Under the pieces are notes generated by a model. It saw nothing but the letters and a program-made list of their open reading frames with translations. It did not search any database and was not told the origin of the DNA. From Methanolobus sp. (GTDB lineage: Archaea; Halobacteriota; Methanosarcinia; Methanosarcinales; Methanosarcinaceae), in the NCBI GenBank assembly GCA_034008115.1, contig JAVEPM010000003.1, positions 3,210 to 67,209 on the forward strand: a stretch of 64,000 bases of DNA. The letters run 5' to 3'. Positions 48,856-58,763 of the stretch are shown piece after piece; the first letter of the stretch is position 1; the number at the start of each line of letters is the position of its first letter. The position numbers and the translations under genes were made by a program.

Positions 48856-48995
48856 GTGAACTACCCAGACCCTAAAGGGTCAGGGCTTCCTGCTCAATAG
48901 TAGTTCTCTACTAAGTATCAACAGGCTATCCCCGCAGTTCCTGCGGTTTGTTGTATTAAATCAAGTCTGTGTGTAAATGGATAGTACCTATATTA
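48856..48995 (-). mobile_element. Non-autonomous IS200/IS605 (TnpB) derivative: tnpB C-terminal codons plus right end/reRNA scaffold
   Basis: Minus strand reads ACC GCA GGA ACT GCG GGG ATA GCC TGT TGA (TAGTAGIAC*, tnpB-like tail), then tagtag-agaa-ctacta, then ggaagccctgaccctttagggtctgggtagttcac, the typical right-end hairpin ending TTCAC. The left boundary is uncertain. Confidence 0.75.
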
Positions 48996-49009
48996 TAATT
49001 TCTGACAAT

Positions 49010-50488
49010 TCAGATGAGGCGGTTAATTCCATTAAGGACTGCCTCAACAGAGGCCATAACTATGTCTGTGCGTGAGCCTCTTGAAGTTACCATCTTTCCA
49101 TTCTTAGAGAGTTTTACTAAAACCTCTACAAGAGCATCGGTTCCTCCGCTGATGGCGTCTACATGATATTCTTCAAGTTCCACATCGGCAATGCAGGATA
49201 TTCCTTTCTTGATACTTCCAAGTGCTGCATCAACGGGTCCGGTTCCAATATCTGCTTCTACTACTTCCTTTCCGTCTACTTTCATTCTAACAGAAGCAGT
49301 TGGGGTTACTTTGTTACCTGAAACAACAGTGAATTCCTCAAGGACTACTCTTGCTTCCCTCTTGATGTTGAGCACTGTGTCAGTAATTGTCTCCAGGTCT
49401 GCATCGGTGACTCTCATACCATGGTCCCCTAACTCCTTGACACGTTTGAGTATTTCGTGCAGTTGGGAATCATCGATTTCAAATCCCATTTCCCTGACTG
49501 CCAGTGTAATTGAACTTTTTCCGGCATGTTTACCAAGTACTATTTTTCTTTCTCTGCCAAGAACTTCTGGTTTTATCGGCTCATACGTGCTTGTGTCTGC
49601 CAGCAGTCCATGCACATGGATACCAGCTTCATGGGTGAAAGCATTGCCACCTATAAGTGACTTGTTTGGTGCCACAGGTAATCCCGTTAGTCTGCTTACA
49701 AGTCTTGAGGTCCTGAAGATCTCTTTCGTATTGATCCCTGTCTGACATTTGTAAAGCCATTCAAGGCTCATGACAACTTCTTCCAAAGCTGTATTGCCAG
49801 ACCGTTCACCAATACCGTTGATAGTAACATGCGCCTGTTGTGCGCCTGCTCTTAAGGCTGCTATGGTGTTAGCGGTTCCAAGACCAAAATCATCATGGCA
49901 GTGAATGCTCACAGGTGCTTTTACTGCAGAGCATATGTCGCTGAAGATAAGCTCTGTTTTCTCAGGAACAAGCAATCCTACAGTATCACAGAAGCATAAT
50001 CTATCGGCTCCTGATTCCACTCCGTCATTGTATAGTGACTTAAGGAAATCAAGATCTGCCCTTGAAGCATCTTCTCCGCTAAGCTCAACAATAAGACCGT
50101 GTTCCTTTGCGTATTCTGTTACGTCCACAGCCATCTTTCTAACGGTTTCTCTGTCTTTCTTAAGCTTTACATTGATGTGAAGATCTGAAACCGGAGCCAC
50201 AAGATGGATAGAATCTACGTCGCAGGCCAGTGCATAATCAATATCTGGTTTCATTATCCTGCAGTAGCTGCATATCTCTGCACTCAATCCCTCAGCAACA
50301 ACGGCTCTAATGGATTCGCGTTCACCTTCGGAGGTGATGGCCGAGCCGGCCTCTATGACGTCTACACCAAGTTCATCCAACTTTGCAGCAATAGCTACTT
50401 TATCTTCAATACTAAGTGATACACCTGGTGTCTGTTCACCATCTCTAAGAGTTGTGTCTAAAAATCGGACATTTTCGAATAATACAAT
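49010..50488 (-). CDS. cimA: (R)-citramalate synthase (LeuA/CimA family); start codon non-canonical or uncertain
   Basis: The frame extends upstream of the ORF-track start through FLDTTLRDGEQTPGV. HCHDDFG, NGIGERSGN, HEAGIH and the LeuA allosteric domain (GPVDA) are present. First in-frame codon after TGA GGG is ATT at 50488. Confidence 0.85.
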   Translation of the reverse strand: MVLFENVRFLDTTLRDGEQTPGVSLSIEDKVAIAAKLDELGVDVIEAGSAITSEGERESIRAVVAEGLSAEICSYCRIMKPDIDYALACDVDSIHLVAPVSDLHINVKLKKDRETVRKMAVDVTEYAKEHGLIVELSGEDASRADLDFLKSLYNDGVESGADRLCFCDTVGLLVPEKTELIFSDICSAVKAPVSIHCHDDFGLGTANTIAALRAGAQQAHVTINGIGERSGNTALEEVVMSLEWLYKCQTGINTKEIFRTSRLVSRLTGLPVAPNKSLIGGNAFTHEAGIHVHGLLADTSTYEPIKPEVLGRERKIVLGKHAGKSSITLAVREMGFEIDDSQLHEILKRVKELGDHGMRVTDADLETITDTVLNIKREARVVLEEFTVVSGNKVTPTASVRMKVDGKEVVEADIGTGPVDAALGSIKKGISCIADVELEEYHVDAISGGTDALVEVLVKLSKNGKMVTSRGSRTDIVMASVEAVLNGINRLI

Positions 50489-50706
50489 CCCTCACAATGT
50501 TTGTCTGCTACTTAGTAGCAGCTTAGTTGGATACACTGAAATGATATATATGTATAACGACTAATCTATCACGATTCATCATGTTATAGTCGGATTATCT
50601 TTTCACCAGCCTTCATTCAGATCCGGTGTTTTGTTGGAAATCGAAGTGGAGATTGGGTAAGTTTTACAATGTCAGTACTAATTATTATTCCTACAGCAGC
50701 AGTGAT

Positions 50707-50731
50707 GGACTCTGCCGCCTTTGGCGGGATA
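50707..50731 (-). repeat. Partial third copy of the GC hairpin repeat
   Basis: Minus strand tatcccgcc-aaa-ggcggcagagtcc vs cccgcc-gca-ggcggcacgttcc at 28.6 and 28.9 kb; about 55 bp after the M42 stop. Confidence 0.55.
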
Positions 50732-50785
50732 GTTGTACTGTTTTGTTTCCATCATAAAACAAATAAGGGGAAAGTACCCCCATGT

Positions 50786-51841
50786 TCAGAAATAGTCATT
50801 TACACTAAGAACTGCCTTTGCCACAAGGTCAGAACAGTGCTGCAGATCTGCAAGATCCAGGACTTCCACAGGTGAGTGTATGTATCTTGTTGCGACACTA
50901 AGGACTGTGGATGGTATTCCTTCCCTTGTGAGGTGAATGGCTGTTGCGTCAGTTGTACCGCCATCCCCTACGTCTGTCTGGTATGGAATGTCGTTCTTCT
51001 TTGCGGTCTCTGTGAGCCATCTGATGACATGGGGTGAAGATATTATCCCTCTTCCTGCTGCGTCAGCTATGGTGATGGCTCCGCCTTTGCCTATGTCCAG
51101 CACGGAATCCTTCTTCTCGATACCCGGATGGTCTCCGGGAATGGTTGTATCCAGTGCAATTGCAATGTCAGGATTAAGCCCGAATGCTGATGTGCGTGCA
51201 CCTTTAAGACCCACTTCTTCCTGGACAGTACCAACGGCATAGACAGTTGCCTTTATATCCATCTGTGCTATCTGGCGCATGGCGTCTATGAGTATGGCAC
51301 AGCCTGCCCTGTTGTCGAATGCTTTGCCGGTTATTTTGCCGTTTGCAAGTTTTTTGACCTCACGGTCCATGGAAATAGGAGTGCCTATGATGATTCCCAT
51401 CTTCTGGGCATCTTCCTTATCCTTTGCACCAACGTCAACGAACATGTCATCTGCATTGACTGGTTTTTTCTTGTCCTCTTCTTTCATGACATGTGGCGGT
51501 TTTGATCCAATGACTCCCGGGATGGGGCCGCTTGTCGTATGGACGATAACCCTCTGGCTGTGCAATGTGGGATCATACCATCCGCCGATCTTGACAAACC
51601 TTAAAAAACCATTGTCATCAATGTATTTGACCATAAGTCCGATCTCATCCATGTGTGCTGCAAGCATGATGGATGGTCCTTCACCTTTTTTGACAGCTAT
51701 AAGGTTGCCCATCTTGTCGGTCCTCATCTCATCCACGTATGGTTTGAGTTCTTCTTCGAGGATGTTTCTGATGTCCCTTTCGCTACCGGATATTCCGTGA
51801 GCATTTGATAATTTTGTGATCAATTCTTCCATGATTATCAT
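50786..51841 (-). CDS. M42-family aminopeptidase (TET/Frv-like)
   Basis: AAHMDEIG, FDNRAG, TVQEEVGLKGA, GTTDA, RYIHSPVE. Confidence 0.93.
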   Translation of the reverse strand: MIIMEELITKLSNAHGISGSERDIRNILEEELKPYVDEMRTDKMGNLIAVKKGEGPSIMLAAHMDEIGLMVKYIDDNGFLRFVKIGGWYDPTLHSQRVIVHTTSGPIPGVIGSKPPHVMKEEDKKKPVNADDMFVDVGAKDKEDAQKMGIIIGTPISMDREVKKLANGKITGKAFDNRAGCAILIDAMRQIAQMDIKATVYAVGTVQEEVGLKGARTSAFGLNPDIAIALDTTIPGDHPGIEKKDSVLDIGKGGAITIADAAGRGIISSPHVIRWLTETAKKNDIPYQTDVGDGGTTDATAIHLTREGIPSTVLSVATRYIHSPVEVLDLADLQHCSDLVAKAVLSVNDYF

Positions 51842-51957
51842 CTTCTGATTTTATTCATGGAAGCATGGAGTTGAAAGAATATAAATGTTAGAGTCGAGGT
51901 AATAAAAAACAAAACAGCAGAAAAAAAATAAAAAAATATTGGAGTAAGTTTGTTAAC

Positions 51958-52482
51958 TTACTCTTCCTTGCGGCGCTGCATGAAGAATGCAAGACCGAGG
52001 ATTGCTGCTACTGGAAGTGCAACGGTTGGGAATTCAGGAATTGCCTCTACTCCCCTTGATGCCTGCCCATATATAAAGGCCTCTTCATTATCAGCTACCT
52101 GAACAGTGACTTTATACATTGTACCATATGGTGCTTCTTCATCCATGGTTAGCTCGATTACACCTATGTCAGTGTAAACTGGGGCTGAAGTGGGCGTAAA
52201 CTCTGGATGAGCAAAATTGACAACCAGATCACCAGCAACACCTGAACCGCTGATAACTCCAGTTTGGTAACTATAATCTGCACTCTTGCCAATTGAACCA
52301 TCCATCAACTCAGTTGCGTGGTAACTGAGGGTGACTGTCTGGCCCGGCTTTATCTGCACAGGATTAGAAGCTGCACCTGTTCCATCCGCGCTCCATACAG
52401 CTGCATCATGCGTCAGTATCGCAGATGCAGATCCTACCATAGCTACAAAAGCTATGAAGGCTATTATTAATATTTTCTTCAT
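51958..52482 (-). CDS. PEF-CTERM sorting-domain surface protein
   Basis: Signal peptide; C-terminal IPEFPTVALPVAAILGLAFFMQRRKEE. Confidence 0.92.
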   Translation of the reverse strand: MKKILIIAFIAFVAMVGSASAILTHDAAVWSADGTGAASNPVQIKPGQTVTLSYHATELMDGSIGKSADYSYQTGVISGSGVAGDLVVNFAHPEFTPTSAPVYTDIGVIELTMDEEAPYGTMYKVTVQVADNEEAFIYGQASRGVEAIPEFPTVALPVAAILGLAFFMQRRKEE

Positions 52483-52632
52483 TTTCGTACCACCTTTTTG
52501 TTATAAACATATTGACTGTCTTTTTGTTATTAAGATTTCGACTGCCATGTATACCATTGTTTTTTATCTATATAAACATTTGTAGCCCATGTTCAAAATG
52601 ATGCTCATCATTATGATGATATTCGTGGTTTA

Positions 52633-55353
52633 TTATGTTGACACAATGAAAGTCCATTTTTTCTCAACAGTGTTCCCTGCCTGATCGCTGACAATTAAGC
52701 GGACATCTACCGCTCCGTTTTCCAGTCCCTCAGCCATATAGGATATTGAGCTATAATCAATCTCAGCAGCATTTGTGACATCTACTCCATTTACCTGGAG
52801 TGTCACTTTTGTTTTGTCAATACCTGCACGGTTGTCAGAGTAGGAAGCCCTGATCGATGGATTGCCTGTGTTCACTGTTTCACCTTTTGACGGGCTGAAG
52901 CTATTTATTTTGGGGTCCACCCTATCAATAATAAAAGTCTCTTCTTCATACAGGCTTAAAGAATCAACTGTTTTTGCAGTAACCGTCACACGTGCTGTGC
53001 CATCAGATATGCTATAATCCAGATCCTCATCATCTGTTGTGGCCAGATACGTATATTCGTTATCAGATAGATCTTCAAATCTTACATCGAGTTTACGTCC
53101 ATTTCTGTCCCTCACTGTTACAGAAGGTTCTTCCTTCAGGGCTGTAGAGGATCTAATGGCAATCTCTACATCGTCAGAAGTTTTCTGTGGGTCGATCTTA
53201 ATTGTTAATTTTTCCAGGGATTCATCAGTGTATAGCGTACCGAAGGTGTAGGCTTCATTATTGGCATGGTCCTTTGCACTGACCTCGACATTGTAAGTAT
53301 CCAGCAATTTAACGGTGTGTTTTGCAGTCCATGTTATGTTATCATTTGTTGCAAGCTTCAAATATTTGGTATCGCCGAATGTCCATGGTACTATTTTACA
53401 TTCCACTTCCATCAAAGGCTTGCTTGATGTTACAGTAATGTATGTGGTATCACTGGTAGGATTCGGAGTGATATCAAGTTCTAACCTGGGAGCTGAGGAA
53501 TCCACTTCTGTACTGGTGTCTGCAACTTGGTGCTCTATCTCTTCGTTAAGAGCATTGTCAACTGCCTTTGACCTGAAATAATATGTATTGCCCTGTTTAC
53601 CCTCAAAGTCAGCAGTAGTATCCGAGGTCTTGCTCAGCCACCTCTTCCAGTTAATGCCATCAGTGCTGTAATCGATATCATAATAATAGATACCTGAGCC
53701 TTTATCGGTGCCATTCCAGCTGACAGTGAAATTGCTCTGGCCTACGCTTACGGGCAACGGGAGTACTTTGGACACGGGCAGGTCGAATTCAACGGTGTTG
53801 TCATCCCTGATATATGGTGACATCGCTGAGAGCGGCATGAAGCTGATCTCGTCGATAGCAAACTCAACTGCTTTGAGATCCATGTTACGATTCTGTGCCA
53901 GGGTGAATGTGAGTGTATTCTTTCCTTCCTGCATTGTGACCGGGACCTGCAGGTGCTGCCAGCCCTCGTCACCGTTTATACCATCAGACCATACTATGAG
54001 GTTATTGAATGTGACTCTCTTAAACTGGGATTCGTTTTTGTCGGCAGTTCCCGTTGTGTAGCTGTCTTTAAGGTACGCCGAAAGCAGTACATCCTCTTTC
54101 CTGTCACTATATATTTCCTGCTCCAGATGGCTCAGTTCGTATCCTCCCTGCATGTGATTTCCTTCAAAGGTGTTGTTGATCACAAAAGCTCTGGAAGAAT
54201 ATATTCCGGATCCGTTCACATACGACCCTGTAACGCTGGTCTCGTTACCTGAGATGAAGGTCCATCCCTCATCCGATTCCATGTCCGGATTATCCAGATC
54301 TATGAAATCGATCTCAGTGGAGCCAGGTGTTTCAATTACTTCGCTGCTTATCTCCTGGTTCACCCATAGATGCACTGACCTGTATACAAAATTGTCAACT
54401 TCCTCTTTGAAGAGCAAGAACTCAAGCTTCTGTCTTCCCTGCCTGAACCTTTCCGGAGTGATTAGTATTTCCTGCTCCCATTTTTCATCATGGCCGAGGG
54501 TTATTTCCCTTTCCTCCAGTAGTATACCATCCAGTTTCACCTGCAATATGTAGTTCAGATCTGTATGCTCATAATTCTCGATTCCGGCAATTATGCGGGC
54601 AGGATTTGAAGCAGAAATGTTCCCCGGATAGTTCTCGGCCTTTCCGTCAGGTCCAAGGATGTAGAGAGCAGTAAATGTTTCTTTTTCTCGGGTTGCTTTT
54701 GCATATGCAAACATTGAGCCTGCTACAATAATGGAAAGTATCATTGCAATCATAAGGGCTTTTGTGACTTTGGGAGATATTCCAAACGTATTTTGCTTAT
54801 CTGTTAACTTACAAGGCTTACTTTTACGCACTGAAGATATTTTTTTACGGTTTTTAGGGGAGAATTTTTTATTCGTTTCAACTTCTTGTGGCTCTATCTG
54901 TTCTGTATCAATGTCGGCACTGCAATCAGAGCTCAACGAACTGATAAATTCACTGTATGAAAAACTGAACTGCTCCTCTTCAGGAATACGCCTCCTGGAG
55001 ACGTATGCCAGGACCAGAAATATGAATGTAAGGATCACAAGTGACATTGTTATAGAATTTGGCCGGAATTTCCATTCTGTAGTGCTGACTATAAAACCAT
55101 CAAAGACCATGATGACGATGCTAAAACCAACACTCAATGTGAATCGTTCGATTCCGGATATCTCTCTGTTTCCGGGGAATAGAGCCGATATGAACGCATA
55201 TCCGGGTATGAAGAATATGAGCAGTAGTGCGAAGACTATTCTAAAGGGTGTTTCATTGAAAGGAGAGATCAGAACAAAGACTATTGAAAGTAGGGACAGG
55301 ATAAGTATGAGTATTAGGTCCTGGGTGTATAAACTTTTTTTAGGGTTCAGCAT
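52633..55353 (-). CDS. DUF1616 membrane protein with extracellular FN3/Ig-like domains
   Basis: FFIPGYAFISALFP, IERFTLSVGFS, FTALYILGPDGKAENYP, VHLWVN; SGIYYYDIDYS...YYFRSKAVDNA; D..GN..Y repeats. Confidence 0.8.
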   Translation of the reverse strand: MLNPKKSLYTQDLILILILSLLSIVFVLISPFNETPFRIVFALLLIFFIPGYAFISALFPGNREISGIERFTLSVGFSIVIMVFDGFIVSTTEWKFRPNSITMSLVILTFIFLVLAYVSRRRIPEEEQFSFSYSEFISSLSSDCSADIDTEQIEPQEVETNKKFSPKNRKKISSVRKSKPCKLTDKQNTFGISPKVTKALMIAMILSIIVAGSMFAYAKATREKETFTALYILGPDGKAENYPGNISASNPARIIAGIENYEHTDLNYILQVKLDGILLEEREITLGHDEKWEQEILITPERFRQGRQKLEFLLFKEEVDNFVYRSVHLWVNQEISSEVIETPGSTEIDFIDLDNPDMESDEGWTFISGNETSVTGSYVNGSGIYSSRAFVINNTFEGNHMQGGYELSHLEQEIYSDRKEDVLLSAYLKDSYTTGTADKNESQFKRVTFNNLIVWSDGINGDEGWQHLQVPVTMQEGKNTLTFTLAQNRNMDLKAVEFAIDEISFMPLSAMSPYIRDDNTVEFDLPVSKVLPLPVSVGQSNFTVSWNGTDKGSGIYYYDIDYSTDGINWKRWLSKTSDTTADFEGKQGNTYYFRSKAVDNALNEEIEHQVADTSTEVDSSAPRLELDITPNPTSDTTYITVTSSKPLMEVECKIVPWTFGDTKYLKLATNDNITWTAKHTVKLLDTYNVEVSAKDHANNEAYTFGTLYTDESLEKLTIKIDPQKTSDDVEIAIRSSTALKEEPSVTVRDRNGRKLDVRFEDLSDNEYTYLATTDDEDLDYSISDGTARVTVTAKTVDSLSLYEEETFIIDRVDPKINSFSPSKGETVNTGNPSIRASYSDNRAGIDKTKVTLQVNGVDVTNAAEIDYSSISYMAEGLENGAVDVRLIVSDQAGNTVEKKWTFIVST

Positions 55354-55657
55354 CTGTTCACTGCGTCCTGTATTATTTATTGAAGTATTATCTATCCCAT
55401 TTATGATATTTATTATATTGCCAGGTAATCGTAATATCTTGCTAAAATATATAAGTATGGATTGCTATTCTAAGCATCTATATTTATTTACAGAATCATA
55501 GTAACAAATTAATGCAAGTTGATACAAATCAAGATATATAAACCTATAATGTAAAGTCCCTTATAATCACGGCAATTGGAGAGGTATTATTATTTATAAA
55601 AGACTATATGTTCTGTTTGCCATACCCTTACTGGCAATAGTTCCCATTGTATTCTAT

Positions 55658-56449
55658 TTGGGCGGTACTTCCATAGCATTTACCTCCATTATTATTTTGT
55701 TGCTATTGAGTATCGCTTTATTCTGGTATTCTCCTAAGATACTGCTGCGGTGGTATACATGCAGAAAGACAAAACCTGCAAAGCACAAAGGGATCAATGA
55801 CATGGTTTCTTCACTTGCATCGGAATTTTCCATCCCCTGTCCAAAGACATATTTATTTGACTCACCCACACCCATGGTGTTCACCGTAGGTAATACCAAA
55901 AGACATACAGTGATCATTTCAGATGGTGCCCTGGAGATACTGGATGAGGAGGAGCTCAGGGCAGTACTCGCATGCGAGGCTGCAAAGATATCTACAGGCT
56001 CCGTACCTGTGAACACCATTGTGGCTCTTATTGCAGGTACTATTATATCGTTTTCTAATGCAGTTATGTGGATGGCCATGCTGGCTGGCTTTGGCCAGGA
56101 AAATGATGTTGCTCCCCGCCTTGCCAAATTTCTTGCAATGGGTTTGCTTTCCCTGCCAGCTGCCCTGACGTTGCATCTTTTTAGTGTCAATTCCACTTTA
56201 AAGTCCGATGAACTGGCAGCCCGTGTAATGACAGACAGCAATCAACTGGTTGATTCTCTCCATAAGATGAATAATTATATTAAGTTACATTGCACTGAGT
56301 ATTTCAATCCGGGCCATGTGAACCTTTTCATGTTGAATCCTTTACAGATGAATGATCTTTTTGATATATATTCCTCCATGTTCATGATCAGACCGACCCT
56401 TGATGAGCGTGTGGGCATAATAGAGCAAAAATATAAAAATAATACTTGA
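55658..56449 (+). CDS. HtpX/M48-family protein, probably inactive
   Basis: M48 layout (PKTYLFDSPTPMVFTVG, ISDGALEILDEEELRAVL) but HExxH reads ACEAAK. Confidence 0.75.
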   Translation: MGGTSIAFTSIIILLLLSIALFWYSPKILLRWYTCRKTKPAKHKGINDMVSSLASEFSIPCPKTYLFDSPTPMVFTVGNTKRHTVIISDGALEILDEEELRAVLACEAAKISTGSVPVNTIVALIAGTIISFSNAVMWMAMLAGFGQENDVAPRLAKFLAMGLLSLPAALTLHLFSVNSTLKSDELAARVMTDSNQLVDSLHKMNNYIKLHCTEYFNPGHVNLFMLNPLQMNDLFDIYSSMFMIRPTLDERVGIIEQKYKNNT

Positions 56450-56459
56450 AGGTAATATT

Positions 56460-56702
56460 ATGTTCTCTATAATTATGGATGTGTTTAAACTTCTTAAAAA
56501 CTGGCAGAAGGCATTATTGTTCAGTTTTGTCTCCTACGCAGTGGTACTTTTTTTTGTAATCGTAGCTATTGTGTTCATATTTTCGGGTTTTTCCAGGAAC
56601 CTGCCAATTATTATGGGTGTAGCTGTTAGCTATATGTTCCTTTTGATCTTAGCAATGGTGATAGCCAGACACCTGTTCAAAAAGAGATTGATAGTGGAGT
56701 AA
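56460..56702 (+). CDS. Small two-TM membrane protein
   Basis: 80 aa hydrophobic ORF directly after the M48-like gene, preceded by aggt. Confidence 0.7.
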   Translation: MFSIIMDVFKLLKNWQKALLFSFVSYAVVLFFVIVAIVFIFSGFSRNLPIIMGVAVSYMFLLILAMVIARHLFKKRLIVE

Positions 56703-56831
56703 GGGCTAGTTGCTGCATATTTGCAGAAAAGTAAGCAAGGGATAGTTTCAGTGTTCCTTTTATTGCAATGATGATAAATAAGCCGTCATCTGCGATCTTC
56801 AATAATGTGGACCGCAGATTTAGAATGAGGG

Positions 56832-57677
56832 TTATTTACTGAGCAGGTCCTTGCGGTTCATGATGTACATGATAAGGCCTGCAGTGCCTGCAAAGAGTAT
56901 CCATCCCAGGTGAGTGTGGAATATCATCATGGTTTCTATTCCGTAGTAGTAGGCAACCACGTACAGCGTGAATACTCTCACAAGATTAGCAATATAGGCA
57001 ACACAAACAGCAAATGCCAGTATCATGAGTGACTTCTTAAGCTTGATCATCTCCATCCTGGAATAAGCCACTACTATACCCACCAGCAGGAACATGGAGT
57101 ATAAGCCTGAACATGGTCCACCGATAACTATGGTCATGGTTTCCGTAAGTCCCTGAATGGTAATGGTCTCAATGGCAACTATTTCCACGGGGATGCTGGT
57201 TAGTTTGAGCAAGGCGACTGTTGGCATGAGCACGAAGTAGTGATCGAAAAGGTGAAGGAATTTAATGCTCATCATGCCAAACAATGTGTAGAATATAAAG
57301 TAAAGGACTGTGAACACCACAGATATGTACAGACCAAACTCCCCGATCTGCCGGAAGTCCTTCCTGGAGGTACCCATGGCAAAAAGAGAGGCACCTATCA
57401 TAAACGTCATGGAGTCCAGAGTACCTATGCTGTCCCTGGTGACAAAGTTGTATATAGAAATTGCTGCCATTATGAACAGCCCGGCAAAGAGGAGCATCTT
57501 TGAGTTTTTAAAGACAGCATCGTCCCCTGTAAGCTTTATTCTTGAAATCATCGCAGCTGCGATGATAAACAGCAATATACCAATGATAGTGGAACCTTCA
57601 CTGAGCTCAATGGTGGCTCCAGTGAAGAGCGCAAGTACTATCAGGATAAGGATTATGTTTTTATTTTCGTCCTGCAT
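56832..57677 (-). CDS. artC: Archaeosortase C (PEF-CTERM variant)
   Basis: IGGPCSGLYSM (Cys), ANLVRV (Arg), FHTHLGW (His); polytopic; near a PEF-CTERM target. Confidence 0.88.
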   Translation of the reverse strand: MQDENKNIILILIVLALFTGATIELSEGSTIIGILLFIIAAAMISRIKLTGDDAVFKNSKMLLFAGLFIMAAISIYNFVTRDSIGTLDSMTFMIGASLFAMGTSRKDFRQIGEFGLYISVVFTVLYFIFYTLFGMMSIKFLHLFDHYFVLMPTVALLKLTSIPVEIVAIETITIQGLTETMTIVIGGPCSGLYSMFLLVGIVVAYSRMEMIKLKKSLMILAFAVCVAYIANLVRVFTLYVVAYYYGIETMMIFHTHLGWILFAGTAGLIMYIMNRKDLLSK

Positions 57678-57920
57678 TTTTTTAACCTACAGTTTAAATC
57701 ATCAAAATAGTATATATAATTGACTGGATTGGCTAAAATAATCATTATCATCATTTTTACGTATATGTACTATATTTATATATAATCGCATTATACTTAT
57801 ATTCCAATTATGGTATCATGCTTTATACTATCATGTCAAAGTATTTTAAAGGGAGTTTACTAAGATTAGTAAATATAAATTATCTGTATTGTTTGTCTAC
57901 TATAAAAGCGAGGTACTATT

Positions 57921-58730
57921 TTGAGAGATTTTACATTGTCCAAATACAGGGAACTGCTTGAAGCAATACGCTCAACAAAATATGGAACAACTGCAGTGCA
58001 CGATTACATCGTATCCCCAATGGACAGATGTATTATACTGCGCCATGATGTGGATCGTGCAGTGGATAGAAATCTTGCAATGGCCCGGCTTGAAGCCGAA
58101 TTTGGCATAAGGTCAACATATTATTTCAGACATGTAAAGGATGTCTTCATTCCTGCTGCGATCCAGGAAGTAGCTGAATTGGGTCACGAGGTGGGCTTCC
58201 ATTACGAGGTCATGGACAAGGCAAAAGGCGATGTTCAAAAGGCACTTGAAATATTCAAAACCGAACTGCATGAACTGCGCCAGTATGCTGATGTTACAAC
58301 TGCCTGTATGCACGGCAATCCCCTTGCATCATGGTCAAACAGGGACATGTGGAAAGATAACGATTTCAGAGACTTCGGACTTATAGGAGAGCCGTACTTC
58401 TCTATCGATTATTCAAAAGTGCTTTATCTTACCGACACCGGCCGAACTTGGGCAGACCGTAACATACGCGTCAAGGATGTTCTGGAAACCCCTGACGACT
58501 GCCTCAATGTCACGTATTGCAAAGGGATAAGAACTACAGATGATGTTATAGATCTGGTAAAAGCCGAAGAAGTGGACCAGATATGCATACTTGCCCATCC
58601 CAACAGGTGGTGTGAGGGAATACCGGGATGGACCCGGGAACTGGTCATGCAGAATCTGAAAAATGTTGGAAAAGCCGGGATTATACGGTACAGAGGAATG
58701 AGGAGTAAGGGGCAGAATGATAATAGATAA
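57921..58730 (+). CDS. Polysaccharide deacetylase-like protein
   Basis: ILRHDVD, STYYF, EVGFHYE, MHG; TTG start. Confidence 0.65.
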   Translation: MRDFTLSKYRELLEAIRSTKYGTTAVHDYIVSPMDRCIILRHDVDRAVDRNLAMARLEAEFGIRSTYYFRHVKDVFIPAAIQEVAELGHEVGFHYEVMDKAKGDVQKALEIFKTELHELRQYADVTTACMHGNPLASWSNRDMWKDNDFRDFGLIGEPYFSIDYSKVLYLTDTGRTWADRNIRVKDVLETPDDCLNVTYCKGIRTTDDVIDLVKAEEVDQICILAHPNRWCEGIPGWTRELVMQNLKNVGKAGIIRYRGMRSKGQNDNR

Positions 58731-58763
58731 TGGTGGCTTGCACAACCCAATGGAGATGATTTT

